Assembly (NCBI GenBank): GCA_051530055.1
Contig: CM121341.1
Span: forward strand, 15,478,784 to 15,542,783
Direction of reading: 5' to 3'
Length of the DNA stretch: 64,000 bases
Source: Neoechinorhynchus agilis
Taxonomy: Eukaryota > Animalia > Acanthocephala
This document shows positions 1 through 12,930 of the stretch, piece by piece (within the stretch, counting starts at the first letter, position 1; each line of letters begins with the position of its first letter). Made by a program: the position numbers and the translations under genes. A model generated the notes under the pieces. The model was not told where the DNA came from. It did not search any database and saw only the letters and a program-made list of their open reading frames with translations.

Positions 1-1468
1 TGTTCTAAATTTATCACAAATTTCAAGTGAAGAAAGATTACGGAAAATCGAAGAATTGCTGTTTAATGAATACACATTGAGAAAATCTGTACTTGCCGAG
101 AGGAAAATCAATAGAATAATAAGAGGCGATGTCAACGATCAAGATTTACTTCAGAGGTGTCAAAAATTATTAAAACGAGATTTACGCAATGAACGAAAAA
201 AAGGAGTCAATATTCTCAGTCTTGATGGCGGGGGAATGAAGTATGTATATATCTTTTAATTGCCTTTAAATATTTACCGTTGCAATTTCAGAGGGTTTGT
301 GAGTATTCGAGTTCTAAAGCACATAAAAGACGCGCTTAAAACGGATGATCTTTCAACAAATTTTGATTTAATCTGCGGAACGAGCACGGGCTCAGCAATC
401 AGCGCTGCTTTGATTTTGGGACGCGAAAAATTAAGTTCAGATTATTTTTCAACGGATTTAGACATGAATTTTTGTGTTATTTAATAATTAAAGCATAAAA
501 ATTCGTGTCCTTTATTTAATATACTGGATCGATTATATTGCCAAGTAGGCAAATCTAATTTTCACAGAAAGACTGCAAATGGATTAGCCGGTCTTTTGAC
601 TGATCAGTCGTATTATGACACAACGGCTTTTGAGAATGCCCTTAGAAGCATTGTTGGAGAAGAGAGAGAACTTTTGAACACAGGATTGAACAAAGGTCCC
701 CATGTAAGTATTTTTCATCGTAAAATCAATACGTTTTCTTTTTTGCATTTAAAAATTAGCTCGCTATTGTTTCATCTGCGATGGACAGTGAAGGAAAATA
801 CGTGCCGTTTATTTTTAGGAATTATGATGGATTTTCTTTGATCACTGATGATGACATACGATTGAACGGATCTTGTAGGTTTAAACTTTGGGAGGCCATT
901 CGAGCTTCAACCGCGGCTCCCGGATATTTTAAATGACCGCAGGTTTTGTTGGGAATGGAAAATCTGACGATTGAAAAACCGTTCCTTTCAAAAGGAAAAA
1001 TATTTATGGACGGGGGATTGGTTGCTAATAATCCGACTGTGGTAGCTCTTTGTGAATCTCAATCGGTATATAGAAACGCGAAAATGAATTGTGTTATATC
1101 GATTGGAAACGGAAGGTCTGTTCACTCTCAATCTTTGTCAAAAGTGGAGCGAGGCTTGGAAAGGTTTCTGACAGATTCATTGTATGCAATTATTTCTTCT
1201 GCTACGAATACCGATAGTGAGTTCAATTCTATGAGTCTCGAGCGTTCATTTTAAATTAGACGTTCATCAATGCCTTAAAATGAGTCAAATATCGAAGGAA
1301 GGGAGGTATATAAGGCTAAACCCTCGGTTGGACAAACATTACAGTATGACCGAAAGTCGTCCCGAGAAATGGTTAGAGATGAAGGACGGTGTCGATCGGT
1401 GGTTTAATATGGGCGGGTCGTACGGTGGTCGTGATTTGTTGGCAAAAATAAAAGATATGCTTTGTTAG
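1..1468 (+). CDS. PNPLA8: Patatin-like phospholipase (iPLA2-gamma/PNPLA8-like), multi-exon, 5' end outside window
   Basis: DGGGMKG oxyanion motif across GT-AG intron 241-291, GTSTG nucleophile elbow, WEAIRASTAAPGYF, FMDGGLVANNP, YIRLNP. Further introns ~440-493, ~704-760, ~943-994, ~1217-1259; two junctions are not cleanly in frame (see findings). Confidence 0.85.
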
Positions 1469-2429
1469 TCTATTAGCGAGAATAAAGATATACAGTTGAA
1501 CGTACTTTAGTCGAAATTCAAAGTCGATTGAAGTTAGAAACGGGTTCGTGTTTACCTTATTGGATGTGTTTCTTTTAATTCTGACTCAATTAGCTGTTTT
1601 AAATAACATCTTCTGGGAGTTTTTAGAGATTCGTTTGCCATTGATAAACTCAGCCGATATAATATTACAATTACATTTCCATTTTGTACTTCACTTCAAC
1701 GAATTATTGACAAATTGAATGATTCTGAAAACGAGTGCGGTTAGTAAATCGCGAATCCAGAAGCATAAAGTGACCTCGCTCTGGATATTCGATTAAATTA
1801 GAATCTTATCCCATGGAATCTACAAGCCTTATAAGTTTTGTATTGGTTTGTTTTGAAAGCTTTTGACGCAAAATTGATATGTGATTTAAATAGCGATTCT
1901 CGAAACCACATATTTCAAATATTTTTTCATGCACAATGTAGCTGGGTTATTTAGATGTTGATGTAGAGAATCGCGATAATTTTAGTAACCGTTAAACCAG
2001 TAAGTGCGATTGATTCCTTCCAACAAAACGGATATTTACAAATTTATTTACAAAGTGACCAATCAGGCTTGATATTTTACAGGTAAGATGGCGACACATG
2101 CTGAGATAGGCAGCAGTATTTCGTCCCTTTTGATGTGTGTCATCGGTGGTAACGGATTGGAACCCGTTGCCCCTTAGCTGGAATCTGGAGCATTAGTCCC
2201 CACTTGACCACCTCAACACACTAAGGAATGTACAAACTTCGCCACTTTATCCTGGATAAACTTTCCGTTTTTTTTAATTTTTATATGTGCTAACAGTTCT
2301 TTCTATCGACTTCCTAAAGAAACAGACAACAAAATGTTAGCCGAGGGGAGAGGTTTTTGGAAGCAGTTGACACAATCATCAACAGTCTTAAGCCCTAATA
2401 AGTGGCAATGTCGAAGCACCTTGCACCCT

Positions 2430-2900
2430 TTAATCTGAAAAAAAATATTTATTGCCCAACCACGATATCGTCCTTTTTCTTCTCACTCTCGCATTTTTCT
2501 CTCTTTTTCGAGAGATCACGGTATCCTCGACAACCAATTTATCTTGTTTGATGCAATCCACTGATCGTTCCCCAGGCATTCCTCGTCGGCGATTTCCCGT
2601 TATTTCCAGTCTCTCCATGCTGCGCATTATGTGATCTGCTTCGCACTTCGAAACTTTTTTTGATGATTTCACACAAGTGCGGGGCGAGGAACTTGCGCGT
2701 CGCTTTGGTTGATTCGGTTGTTGGTTGTCATTTGGATCAAAATTTGGCAAGAATTTTACAATCGGATGCTCTTCCTGACGCCAACCCTCCAGCTTTTTCA
2801 GCCGCGCTTGCCCAAGCACGATATCGTACTTGTAGAGATTAATCGAGACTTTTAATAATTCATCCAACATAATTCAAAGATGAATATAGTTATTTTGGGA
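2430..2900 (-). mobile_element. Degenerate non-LTR retrotransposon 3' fragment, RTE-like C-terminus
   Basis: ORF contains HIMRSMERLEITGNRRRGMPGERSVDCIKQD, resembling the RTE-clade tail (GHV.R...G.R.RGRP..RW.D.I..D); nucleotides 2478-2545 recur at 43255-43315. Confidence 0.45.
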
Positions 2901-3493
2901 TCATCTCGGGGTTTCACGATTGCGTTGGTTGGGGAATGATAAACAAGATTCCAATTTGTACAATTTCAACTAATCTCGGCGATAGAATCTTCCTTTCCCC
3001 GCCAGATGAAGATATCAAGCAGCGAAATTATGCCATACATAATCTCAGTCCTTTCCATATGCCAAAATCTTTGAATTTTACTAGCGTTTCCAATAACAGG
3101 ATAATATTAGATTCGGAATTTTTTTCCTTGTCGGTATATAAATATTGAGTACATTTTCCTGGAATAAAGAGTGTCATTATGTACAGCTAAGAATCTTATT
3201 TTTTATCCATATTGTACATAAAAATTGATTGTTCTTTTTGTTTCAATAAAGGAACATAGTATCAGTTTTGTTCGCGCAGTAGTAAGAAGTTAATTATTTG
3301 AATTTTACCGGCAAATGACGAAAATGTCATCGACCTTTGTGATCTTGCTTTTAACACAACTTTATGTTTATATTTATTGCATAATTCGAGGATTAAAATA
3401 TCAAAGAATTCACTTATAGACTCATAATCACAATCATTATTTGACAAACTTTAAAACTCCTATAATGAGCAGAATTTTATAATTAACGGGCTG

Positions 3494-3657
3494 TTTTGCA
3501 GCGAATTATAATAATTGATTTATTTACTTGATAATTTTCGGCTTTCGCGTAGACTTCAGTCTATTGCTTGTAATTTTTTTAGACTGAAAACGGCCTACGC
3601 GAAGGCCGAAAATTATCGAATAAAAAGAAATCAATTATTATGATTCGCTATAAAAAA
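3494..3657. repeat. Imperfect palindrome with degenerate hammerhead-like motifs in both arms
   Basis: Arms ~3494-3562 and ~3580-3657 are reverse complements; right arm reads CTGAAAAC-GGCC-TACGCGAA-GGCC-GAA-AATT-A (G8 changed to A). Confidence 0.7.
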
Positions 3658-5040
3658 GTAAGTGATGAACATCTTTACAATTCACAAGCCATCAAAAAAA
3701 GCATACCTCATTCTTTTCGCACTATAAGTTAAGCCATCTTGACGGTTACCAGTAACTATCGTGACAATTGTTTCTTGCTTCAATATCAAAATATTAAAAA
3801 AATTTCAAACGGGAGCTCTTGTAAAAGTTAATATAAATTTTAAAATTTTATTTGTGCTACCTAATTCCACATGCGTCAAAAAATGATCGATTTCACATAG
3901 ACGCATCCATGTTCATTATTATAGCTTTTACTGAATTGACATTTATCTCGCGAATTACCGACGACCTTAAAGGTCTCAATAACAAGCCAGTGAAATTCGA
4001 TATACATTAATAAGACAAATGTTAATTTGAGAAATTTGTGTGGGCGTTAATCGCAAATTTTGGTAACCTTTGGAATTTTTTAGAGAGACGAAAGGGAAAA
4101 GTAGCGTACGAAAATCATTCTTTGATAAATTTTGAAGCTCTAGTTCATTTCATAATCTCTATTCTGAGTTTGATGATTTTTCCGGTCATTTTAATTTGCG
4201 AGCGTACATAAGAAACCAATTGATCTGATAACGCCTCTTTGATTTAACCGCGAAAATAATACCTTGCAGACCATCATACCCATAAATTAAATGAACATTG
4301 AGTAAGATCAAAGCAAATTTCTGCGTGCACCAATAAATTTACTCGCTACAAATTGTTGATACGGTATCAATCATTACCTAATTGAGCGGACCACCAGGAT
4401 TAAGAAGTTTTAAAGTGTGAGTTCTAATCAGCTTAAACTACAGCTAAATTTTATTCTTGATAAGAACCTAATAATTTAAGCGGTTCGGCCAGGTAACTTG
4501 TGAATTGTGCAATTAAGATCGGTCACATGATCTACTCCTTTTGTTTTTTTTGAACACGGTGCACTTTTATTATCTTACCTGACCAGCACGTGAACTACGT
4601 TGAGGAAGTGAAGGGTGACATGAAAATGAATTAACCTTTTTTGTCCTCGAAATTTTTTGTTTTTCCAAAAATCTACCTTGACATGCTAATGAACAAAAAA
4701 AATTGCAGCTGAATTTCATATTTTTCAATGCTGAATAATGCTATTCACAGGAAAATACAGTTATAAGCCAATTGGAGTGATTTGTGTTGTGAGTTAAGTT
4801 GCTCAATCGAATGAATACATTATATTCTTTTACAAGTGTCAATCATAATAAAGATATGCTTTGAAGTCAGCGAATGAGTTTATGCATTATATGCTTCATA
4901 ATTCACCTATCTTGTCACCTTGAAGTATCCACAATAGACCAAAAGAAGATGAAAGCTGCGCGGTGAATTATGAAGTGTGACAGCGAGTTTTGATGAATAA
5001 AATATTTAGAGGCAAATAATAATTTTATTTTTATGAATTG

Positions 5041-5871
5041 TCAAAACTTTAGCTTTAATCTTCGGCCAGGTGGACGGTAGGAACTGAAATCTCCAAGCAG
5101 CGTTCGCTGCAGATTCAGAAACTTTCCACTCTTGATCTTGATATTATAATTGTAGTCTTCTTCTTTACCGAATTCGGGGGTCACACCCGCAAAATTGTCC
5201 TTTATGGAAATAAGACGGCCAGATTTTGACCCAAATTCTTGATAGCTGCTTCCTATAACTGCTCTCACATTTTGATTTTCTCTGATAAATTTTTTAACCA
5301 TAGGAATTTCATGTCTAGTAAAGCCATTGACTCGAATTATCGCAGTCCCAAGAAATCGTCCGTTATCATCATATTGAGGCTTTATGTCTCCTGTAAATGG
5401 TTGAATAATATTTTTAAGAAAAGCTATCTCATCAGTATTATAGCAATTCTGCTCAGTGGAGATTCTGAGGAAGCAGAAGTGATCTTCACTATTCTGCTCA
5501 TCAATATTGACCATATTTTGAGGTTCCAATCTTGGTATTTTCGATTGTGATTCAAAAAATATGCCATCAGCGATAAGATTTTGTTCTCTTGGTATTACAG
5601 ATTGAAAGTTCTGACGTAGATCAATTTCTTCCCACGATCTTTTTAAATTCCGACGTTCTTGACGACATAAGTATTGCAAGATGGCATCTTCATTTGGCGA
5701 AATAACTGATTTGTTGATTGCACTAAAATCAAGTCTTATCCTTTTTGCTTGGACATGAGAAAATTCTCTAGAAGCTTTATCCAATTTACGTCGGCGATTG
5801 AACGTAAATTTTGGCATTGCTGGAACAAAAATTGTTTCGATGAACGACGATGCTGCACAAGCTAAACTCAT
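5041..5871 (-). CDS. Intronless uncharacterised protein, basic N-terminus and degenerate RRM-like segment
   Basis: 276-codon ORF in AT-rich DNA; KPQYDDNGRFLGTAIIRV resembles the ALYREF/POLDIP3 RRM strand (VHYDRSGRSLGTADVHF); NLS-like RRRK and KRIRL. Confidence 0.6.
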   Translation of the reverse strand: MSLACAASSFIETIFVPAMPKFTFNRRRKLDKASREFSHVQAKRIRLDFSAINKSVISPNEDAILQYLCRQERRNLKRSWEEIDLRQNFQSVIPREQNLIADGIFFESQSKIPRLEPQNMVNIDEQNSEDHFCFLRISTEQNCYNTDEIAFLKNIIQPFTGDIKPQYDDNGRFLGTAIIRVNGFTRHEIPMVKKFIRENQNVRAVIGSSYQEFGSKSGRLISIKDNFAGVTPEFGKEEDYNYNIKIKSGKFLNLQRTLLGDFSSYRPPGRRLKLKF

Positions 5872-8385
5872 TCGTGCTTATAGACGTTCTTATCTGTAAG
5901 AGTGAAAAATGTTGGAAGGTGATTGGTGAGTGCGCTTATACCGCACTACCTCCACGTGATCAAGGTATCCCGTGAGTTCCGCTACGCTTTATTGGGAACA
6001 AAAATTATTAACCTGGGCGGCTAATCATGAATCTTCAAAGGTAGGAAGGAATGAAGCTTTTTAATTTTTTATTCCATTCAAACTAAATTAGTTTTAATAA
6101 TATTTGAGAGCAATTGAAACGGCTTTAAAAATACAAAAGCTCACAAGTGTTGTATAGCCATATCGATTATTTAAGTCTAAAAGGAAGTAAAAAATTATGT
6201 GAACTAAAATTATAAAAATTTGACCCTCAAATTTTTAATCATATCATACATTTCAAAATCGAGAAATCATATTAATTTACTTTGAGTATTTTATAGATCT
6301 TAAAAGCCGCTGTTTGTCAGAATTAGAATAATTAACAGAGGATGAAAACCTATACTTAAATGATTCCCATTGGACGAAACGGCTTAAGATGAAACCAAAA
6401 GTGAAATCGACTCATCGGCGGTGCGATTACAATGAATTCCCTAATGTGTTTTTTTGCTCAATACAAGCTATGTGAGTAATTTCCTTTAAAGCTAACCGTT
6501 CAAGTGGCCGAGGAAAATTAAGTTTTATTCCTTTCACCATCCGATCGCTTTGATCTAAAATACCATGAAAGACTTAAGAGTACTCAAGACAGGTTCTTTT
6601 TTGTATATTAAATCGTACGCATTTTAAGCGGCAATAACACTCCAATTACGCGTACGATTTATATCGATTTTAATGAGTTCAAAAATAATCCGCACAAAGT
6701 TAACAGGGAAATTGATATGACTGTATATATGTGCAGCATGAAATTGTTTATGGATCATTGAGCTGGCTTTGATCTTTCTCGAGGTAATTCTTAGTTAGAA
6801 GACATGATTGTCTGCAAGTATACATTTCAAGGTAAAATCAAAGAGCCGATATCTGATTCCTCAGAAATTTGCCGGGATTTGTTTAGTTCTGGCAAACAGA
6901 ATCGATCAATCAGATTTTTTCGTTGCACTACATTTTTAAGAATCTTAAGAAAACTTGAAATAAATATTGTAAAACAAAAATAATTTTAGCGTTTCTTAAG
7001 AATTTAAAATAATATTTTAGTTATTAACAAATTATTTTCTTCTCTCACATACGCCTATCTTCATAAAGTGTCTATTTTCACCTTGCCTCATTTTTCAATT
7101 ATATCACCACTGAGCCGAGAACTTCGTCCTTTACTGATTACAGTGTTATTTGAGCTTGTAAATATGTCACGCCTATCAGAAAAGTTATTATAATTGCTAA
7201 AAAGGTTAATCACCAATCACACTTGGCAGAATTCAACTTGCATACGCCTCGCTCGGTATTTATTGTGCCATTTAACCATTAATCAATAGTGTTTACGCCC
7301 CAATTGATTTATTTGTTCAGAATTCTATACTCACCTATTGTGTCGGGCCAAAACGCCTACGGTGGAAATAGGCGTTACCTTAGCTGAAAATGTTGAAAAA
7401 GGTCATTGGGGCGTAGCTGCATTTATAAAGGCCAATTTGCAACTCACCTGGGCTTTTTAGACATTTTGTGTTTCTGTTTTAATTAAAAGGCAATAGGTTA
7501 TAATTTTTGAGAATTACCATTTGCTGTCAATGGCTAAGTATAGAGTTGCCTACGGCGTACTCAGAGGCAATTTATGGTTTTACTACCAATTAACAGGCGC
7601 TCTTGAGTGTTTTTACTCCTACTCTTCAGTAAAGCACCTCTAGAGGGCGTGGTGCCTCATTAACACGTAATTGGAAACTTTCGATAATCGTCAATTATCA
7701 CTTTAATTGGGTGAAAAGGTGACATATGACACCGAAAACCTTCTTCAACGCCGCCAATTTAACGCTTTCAACAAAATTTCCAATTCAATCAGATTATATA
7801 GTTTCAGTTTTTTCAAAGTACTAAAATGGTCTCTAATTCTAAAACGCAAAATTCAAAATTTTTAGTTTAGTTACAAATTCACTTTTAGTAATATCGTTTT
7901 GAACATTTTCCTTATCAGTAAAGCAAAATTTATGGCGGGTATTATTGTAGATGAAATTGCTTGAAACCTGTAAAGATTGAATTTCTTTTTGGGTGAGACC
8001 CCGGCAGTTTTTTTGTCACTATTTGAAAAATGGTGAAGTTTTAATCTGGAAATTAGAGCTTGATGGCTTGAACCATTTCCTACCAAAAAAATTTCCAAAG
8101 AATATAAGTGCAAGCACATTACAATATGTGGAAATTATTGATTTAAAGCAAGTCTAAATTTTAATTAAATTGTAAGGTTTTTTATCCGCTTGTATTTTTA
8201 CACGAAATGCTAAAAAAGAAAAATAGAAACAATATGGCTGTATCTGAGAAAGACTGATTTTTCTTCTCGCCACTTTAACTCATTCGTCCACAACAATTAC
8301 TTTTATTATTCAATTTTGCATGACTAAAATACATTTTTTACAAACCGTCACTCCCATATATATGTCTCGATCACTAATAGTTAAT

Positions 8386-8997
8386 CTATATTTCCGTGCG
8401 AACTTTACATGATGGTTTGGAAGGATGAACTGCACGTTGCACGTCGAGATAAGTCCTATTGAGCATTTTAAGTCGATTTTGGAATATGGCATCCTTTTCC
8501 GTTTGATTTGAGAACCAAAATTTGCTAAATACAATATTTTCTGAAATAATTCGACACACTGGACACGTCTGTTTCATTTCTCCGTGATGCCATCTCGTCG
8601 CACATTCACTACACATACAATGGGAACAGTTTTCACGAATTGCAAAGGATCGATTCACGGATTTCTGCGAGACAATTTCAAAACAAACACAACATTCCAT
8701 ATCTTTACTGCATTCATTTTGAAGTTTTTCTATTTTTTGAGCGTGTTGGAAGCAACGTTGATAATGTAGATCACGTTGAAGAGGATCATCTTTACTAATG
8801 ACAAAATAACTGCAAATGTGACATCGGATTCCATGTCTTATTTTACATTGATTAGTACATATTCCAGTTGATGCAAAAACCGGGCACACGTTGGCTGATA
8901 AATCGAGTGGTGCTTCCAGCACGTCAAGAAGTGTTGCGCTTTGTTGCTCATTGCTGTCAGGGCGAAAATTTATGAATTTGTCTAAAATCTTATCCAT
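8386..8997 (-). CDS. MKRN: Makorin-like RING finger protein, intronless and shortened
   Basis: C3H finger (CPVFASTGICTNQCKIRH), makorin Cys-His motif (CHIC...HYQRC), RING (CCVCFE...CSHCMCSEC...CPVCR), followed by SKFWF...EK. Confidence 0.78.
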   Translation of the reverse strand: MDKILDKFINFRPDSNEQQSATLLDVLEAPLDLSANVCPVFASTGICTNQCKIRHGIRCHICSYFVISKDDPLQRDLHYQRCFQHAQKIEKLQNECSKDMECCVCFEIVSQKSVNRSFAIRENCSHCMCSECATRWHHGEMKQTCPVCRIISENIVFSKFWFSNQTEKDAIFQNRLKMLNRTYLDVQRAVHPSKPSCKVRTEI

Positions 8998-9510
8998 CTA
9001 AAAATGCAAATATACAAAATGTGTATTTGGTTTTGCTCATCTCTTTGTGTTTTCTACTAAAATATATCGACATAAATGTTTTAAGTGTTTATGTCGATAG
9101 TTTTACTTTAAAATCCAAAAGGAGCTAACAATAATCGGATTTAATAGACCTTCAGTTTCATTAAAGCTTCTCAAATCAAAAATGGATCCTCGTTATTTTA
9201 AACTTAAGTCTTTTAAAGCATCGATTCCCGTACTAGATTTGATGCTTTCATCATATATGAGCATTTTCCGTAGCATTTTCGCATACTATTTTTTATTGCA
9301 GAAAGTAAATAAATTACTCATCGTGAAGCTTTTTAAGGAAAAACATTTTTCAATAGAGGACTTTATGACAAAACATACATTCACATACAAAATTGTTAAA
9401 ACTAGATTTGTATGACATGCGTTGATGGTGCCTGAAGCTGATTCTTAGATTTTTTCTAAGCTATTTTAACTATATTTCGTGCAGAATCACATTCGGGTGG
9501 AAAGATATTC

Positions 9511-9697
9511 TTGCTGAGCGATTCAAACCCCGAGGCGTATTAATGTTATTTAATATTTCGTGGACAAAATCCACCTCTTCAGATATTGTTTGCAATCTAA
9601 CGTCGTAAACACTTGCAAACAATATCTGAAGAGGTGGATTTTGTCCACGAAATATTAGATAACATTAATACGTATCGGCGTGTGAACCGCTCAACAA
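9511..9697. repeat. Long palindrome carrying hammerhead-like motifs on both strands
   Basis: Arms 9511-9595 and 9613-9697 are reverse complements with a near-perfect inner ~55 bp; each arm contains CTGAAGAG-GTGGA-TTTTG-TCCAC-GAA-ATAT-T. Confidence 0.85.
9626..9657 (+). ncRNA. Minimal hammerhead-ribozyme-like motif (stem II GTGGA/TCCAC)
   Basis: CUGAAGA core, 5-bp stem II, GAAA, palindromic ATAT; position 17 is U, so possibly inactive. Mirror copy at 9551-9582 on the minus strand. Confidence 0.55.
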
Positions 9698-12329
9698 GTC
9701 TATTTTAACTATGTGCATTATCGGAGTTCGGTGTTTTAGAAACCAAACAAAAGTGATAAAAATTGAAAGCATATTAAAGAAACTTTTTAAGTGTTGTGAA
9801 CATCCATTCCACGGCTGATAATTTTACTTGGGCGGGATATTCAGAACACTTCAAAATATGTATCCCGCTAGCAAGACAAGATAAAATATTAAAGATACAT
9901 TGAAATCGGTTAAATTCATTCATGAAAAAACATTAAAAATTAAATAGAGAAATCGGCATATTACTTGACGTTCTACCAAATTTCCATCGATTTTGACTCG
10001 TAAAACAATTGCGGAGGCAATTAAAACGGCAGATCGTAAAATATAAATATTGACCGTAAAATTTAATCCTTTATGATCTAACAAGCTAAAATTATTATTT
10101 AATATTATTTGGAAAAAATAAACACCTAAAAATGATTCCTAAGGTCTTTCTAACTTCACTCAGGTTTCGATGAATCTTTACGCAAGCCTCCAAATAGCTC
10201 TATTGTTTAAAAATTTGAAAAAATTATTGTTAAAACTTTAACCGCACTCGTAGTTGCTGACAGAGAATGACACTGTTAGTTGCAAATTTTCGGAAATCGT
10301 GCTTTTCACGAAAATAACTATTCACAATCCAATCTCTCCCGGCTTGGTAGTTAATGTGAGAAGCATGCACTCAATCCATGTGACGATTTACCATATTTGT
10401 ATCACATGAGCTTTTTCCTCGAAGATGACCTAGCTGTGTTATTCTCTCTTCAGAGGATCAATTTTAGGCTCTTAGTGGATTTGCATCGGTTACAAATGAA
10501 CATTAACTGCAATTTTGAAAATTTTTAAAGTCATTGTGATGTTTCGGATTGCATCCAAAGGATGTTTAATTATAATGACAGAGAGGGCACATCGGCCATC
10601 TCTCAAGTGAAAGAGAAGTTGCAGTCACGTGCCATATTTAGCTGATGTTCTTTAACCTTCCTATGTTCCCGTGATAACATTGATTTAATTTGGTTCTTAG
10701 TTTTAGGTGTAGAAATGTTGTTATTAGGTGTATCACTGATTACGCGACATTTTGAGCGTTTAAGACTAGTTTAAATTTATCGAGATGGAAAATACGTGCA
10801 AATATCTTTTTAACCAACACAAGAAATCAGCAATGACATTGGAATATATATGCAAAGTCGATTTAGACGAAATTTTAACCGAAATTTGTATTATAAATGC
10901 ATTTTTATATTATGTTCGGCTAACAAAAACAGCGTCTACTAATAGCCTCATATGGCTTCAGATAGTTTAAAATAAAATAGGCAATTTTATTGGTAAACTT
11001 CTTAAGGTACACTGCACAAAATTAAACGAGTTATTTTACATTCAGTGCTATCTCTTTTTATTGATGAAAAAATCGCTAAAATTTACACTGAAATACTCAA
11101 GTTTGCAAATCGCATAAAAAATCTTATCGGTAAACAAGTAATAATAAGCAATAAATGCCTGCACCTATAAGGACAATTTTTGAATTAACTTCTAAATCGT
11201 TTTATATGTGCTGTATTTTAAATTCAAGAAGTGATGCTTGCGGTAAAGAATTTTGAAATGCTCTTGACATGATGTGATGATAGGTACTAAAGATGATATT
11301 CACAATAATTAAAAAGGGCGTGTTAGTAAAATATAAATTGCCTCTTATGCTTCATTGCTGTTTTATTCAAATGAATTATTAACGAGCATTTTTTATTTGT
11401 TCACCATCATTTCGCAAGTTTCGGATATGATTTGAAGTTTTGTTACTACAAAAATATTTGCCACAATGCTATGGAATGTTACGCTTGTAATTTTGATAAT
11501 ATACTTTTCAAAAATCAATAACTGTTTTTAGTGCCATTTTAAAAATAATTTATTTAATTTTTAATTTCCTTTTTAAGTTTTGTGAATTGATTAGAAGGCG
11601 AATTACAGCCATTTTAATGAAAATCTGAGTGCCAGTATATTACAATTTTACATAAGATTTAGTGCAATTGTGTACATGAAGTAGAACTTTAATTTTTTTG
11701 CCTTAAATCACGTTTCACTGCAGTTCATTTCACCAAAATCAATTTTAGTGCTCGATCAAATAGAAAAGTAATGAGCACATTAATAGCTTGTTGATAAAAT
11801 AAGCCGCTTGATAATTGTTTAAAACAATATTCATTTTAGCATAAATTTATTTTTCTTAAATTTATAATGAGCAACCGCTCATGTGAAATAAAAATATAAT
11901 TCGATCAATTACAGGGCTACCTCTAGCTGGTCTCCGGTGCATTAAAATCGTTTGTAGGATGTTAATGTTCCTAAATCGCTGGTGCCGTAATTGATCTTAA
12001 TAATACGATAACTACTGCATATTGGTTAGCTAAAAAATTCTTTGATCTTTATTTTCAAGGTAATTCGCAATCTCGATGTAAACGCTCCATTGGGAAATGC
12101 ATGCGCGTATCAAGATATAAAGCACCGATACTGCCTTGTTCAATCAGATTGCTCATAATGTTGCTCGTGTTTTTCACGGGGCACAATTTTTCGATTGTAT
12201 TATTAATTATCGGAGCTTGAATCTTAAGCCAAACTCATTCGTAACAAGGTTCTAAGTTTACCTTAAATGAGTCTACATGGAAGCTTATATTTGAACTAGG
12301 TATCCCGAGATCACAGCATTATCCAAATT

Positions 12330-12930
12330 AGACCTTCAGAAACACTACATTCATCACCTTAATATTGTCTGTCGACAACGCTTTCCAGTATCCTTCGTTC
12401 TCCTTCCTTCTCCGGTCTCCTTCTAGCGCATCTCCAACAAAAGCTCTCAACTCAAAATCACGTTCCATCACCAAACACCGCATCCTCATTCCTTCAAAAA
12501 CGCTTCTTGTCAATTCCTCCCTACCATGCCGAATATATACAGACCGCTCACTTCAAACTGTGAATTCCATCAATAATTCGCCTATTCACAATCGCCTACT
12601 CTCCCCTTCTAGTAACTTAATACCGACCAAAACCTACCCTCAGAACCCACACATAATATTTTGGATACCTCCGAAAATCTATGCTGTACGCTGGCAGAAT
12701 TAAACATTACTGTGGACTCAAGAGCCTCTCAAAAACTTACACATTGAACTCCTCTACCAGCCAACTCCCACGGACTACTGTCACTGTGAAAACATGGTTA
12801 CACCTCTCCACCACCGACAATTCCTGGCTACACTTCTTTCCACTATTATGGAGACGAACGCGTAGGACGTGGTCTCCGTTTTCATTCGCTGCGCTCCCCT
12901 TATTCCCTCCCCCTCATTTCCTAACCACCG
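12330..12930 (+). mobile_element. L2/CR1-group LINE 5' fragment (ORF1 end and start of APE endonuclease)
   Basis: VTVKTWL..DNSWLHF resembles the APE 'ETWL' block; 12780-12930 is nearly identical to 15260-15420. Confidence 0.65.

Noticed and set aside
900-980. TGA readthrough or selenocysteine in the PNPLA8-like gene
   Set aside because: Readthrough would insert ~15 extra residues between GYF and DGG, and a good GT-AG intron lies right there; an indel is more parsimonious.
1790-2060. Possible very old Penelope RT remnant (LGYLDVDV resembles LPFLDV)
   Set aside because: Only one short motif is convincing; too many stops to support a call.
4150-4650. Series of GT/AG-bounded exon-like pieces on the minus strand
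   Set aside because: No consistent reading frame or recognisable protein could be assembled.
6010-6950. Possible spliced gene divergent from the orphan ORF
   Set aside because: Splice-like sites are present, but the frames hit stops and no homology was recognised.
7050-7900. Minus-strand exon-like blocks with GTGAGT donors
   Set aside because: A partial frame (KSPAKVTPISTVGVLARHN; INNFSDRRDIF...) is plausible, but no start, complete structure or family could be assigned.
9780-10700. Possible decayed DNA transposase (hAT-like) on the minus strand
   Set aside because: Only vague resemblance to C..H and S..CE motifs; not distinguishable from chance.
11900-12300. Exon-like plus-strand stretch (ALFNQIAHNVARVFHG) faintly like an M13 peptidase helix
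   Set aside because: No HExxH motif and no continuous frame.
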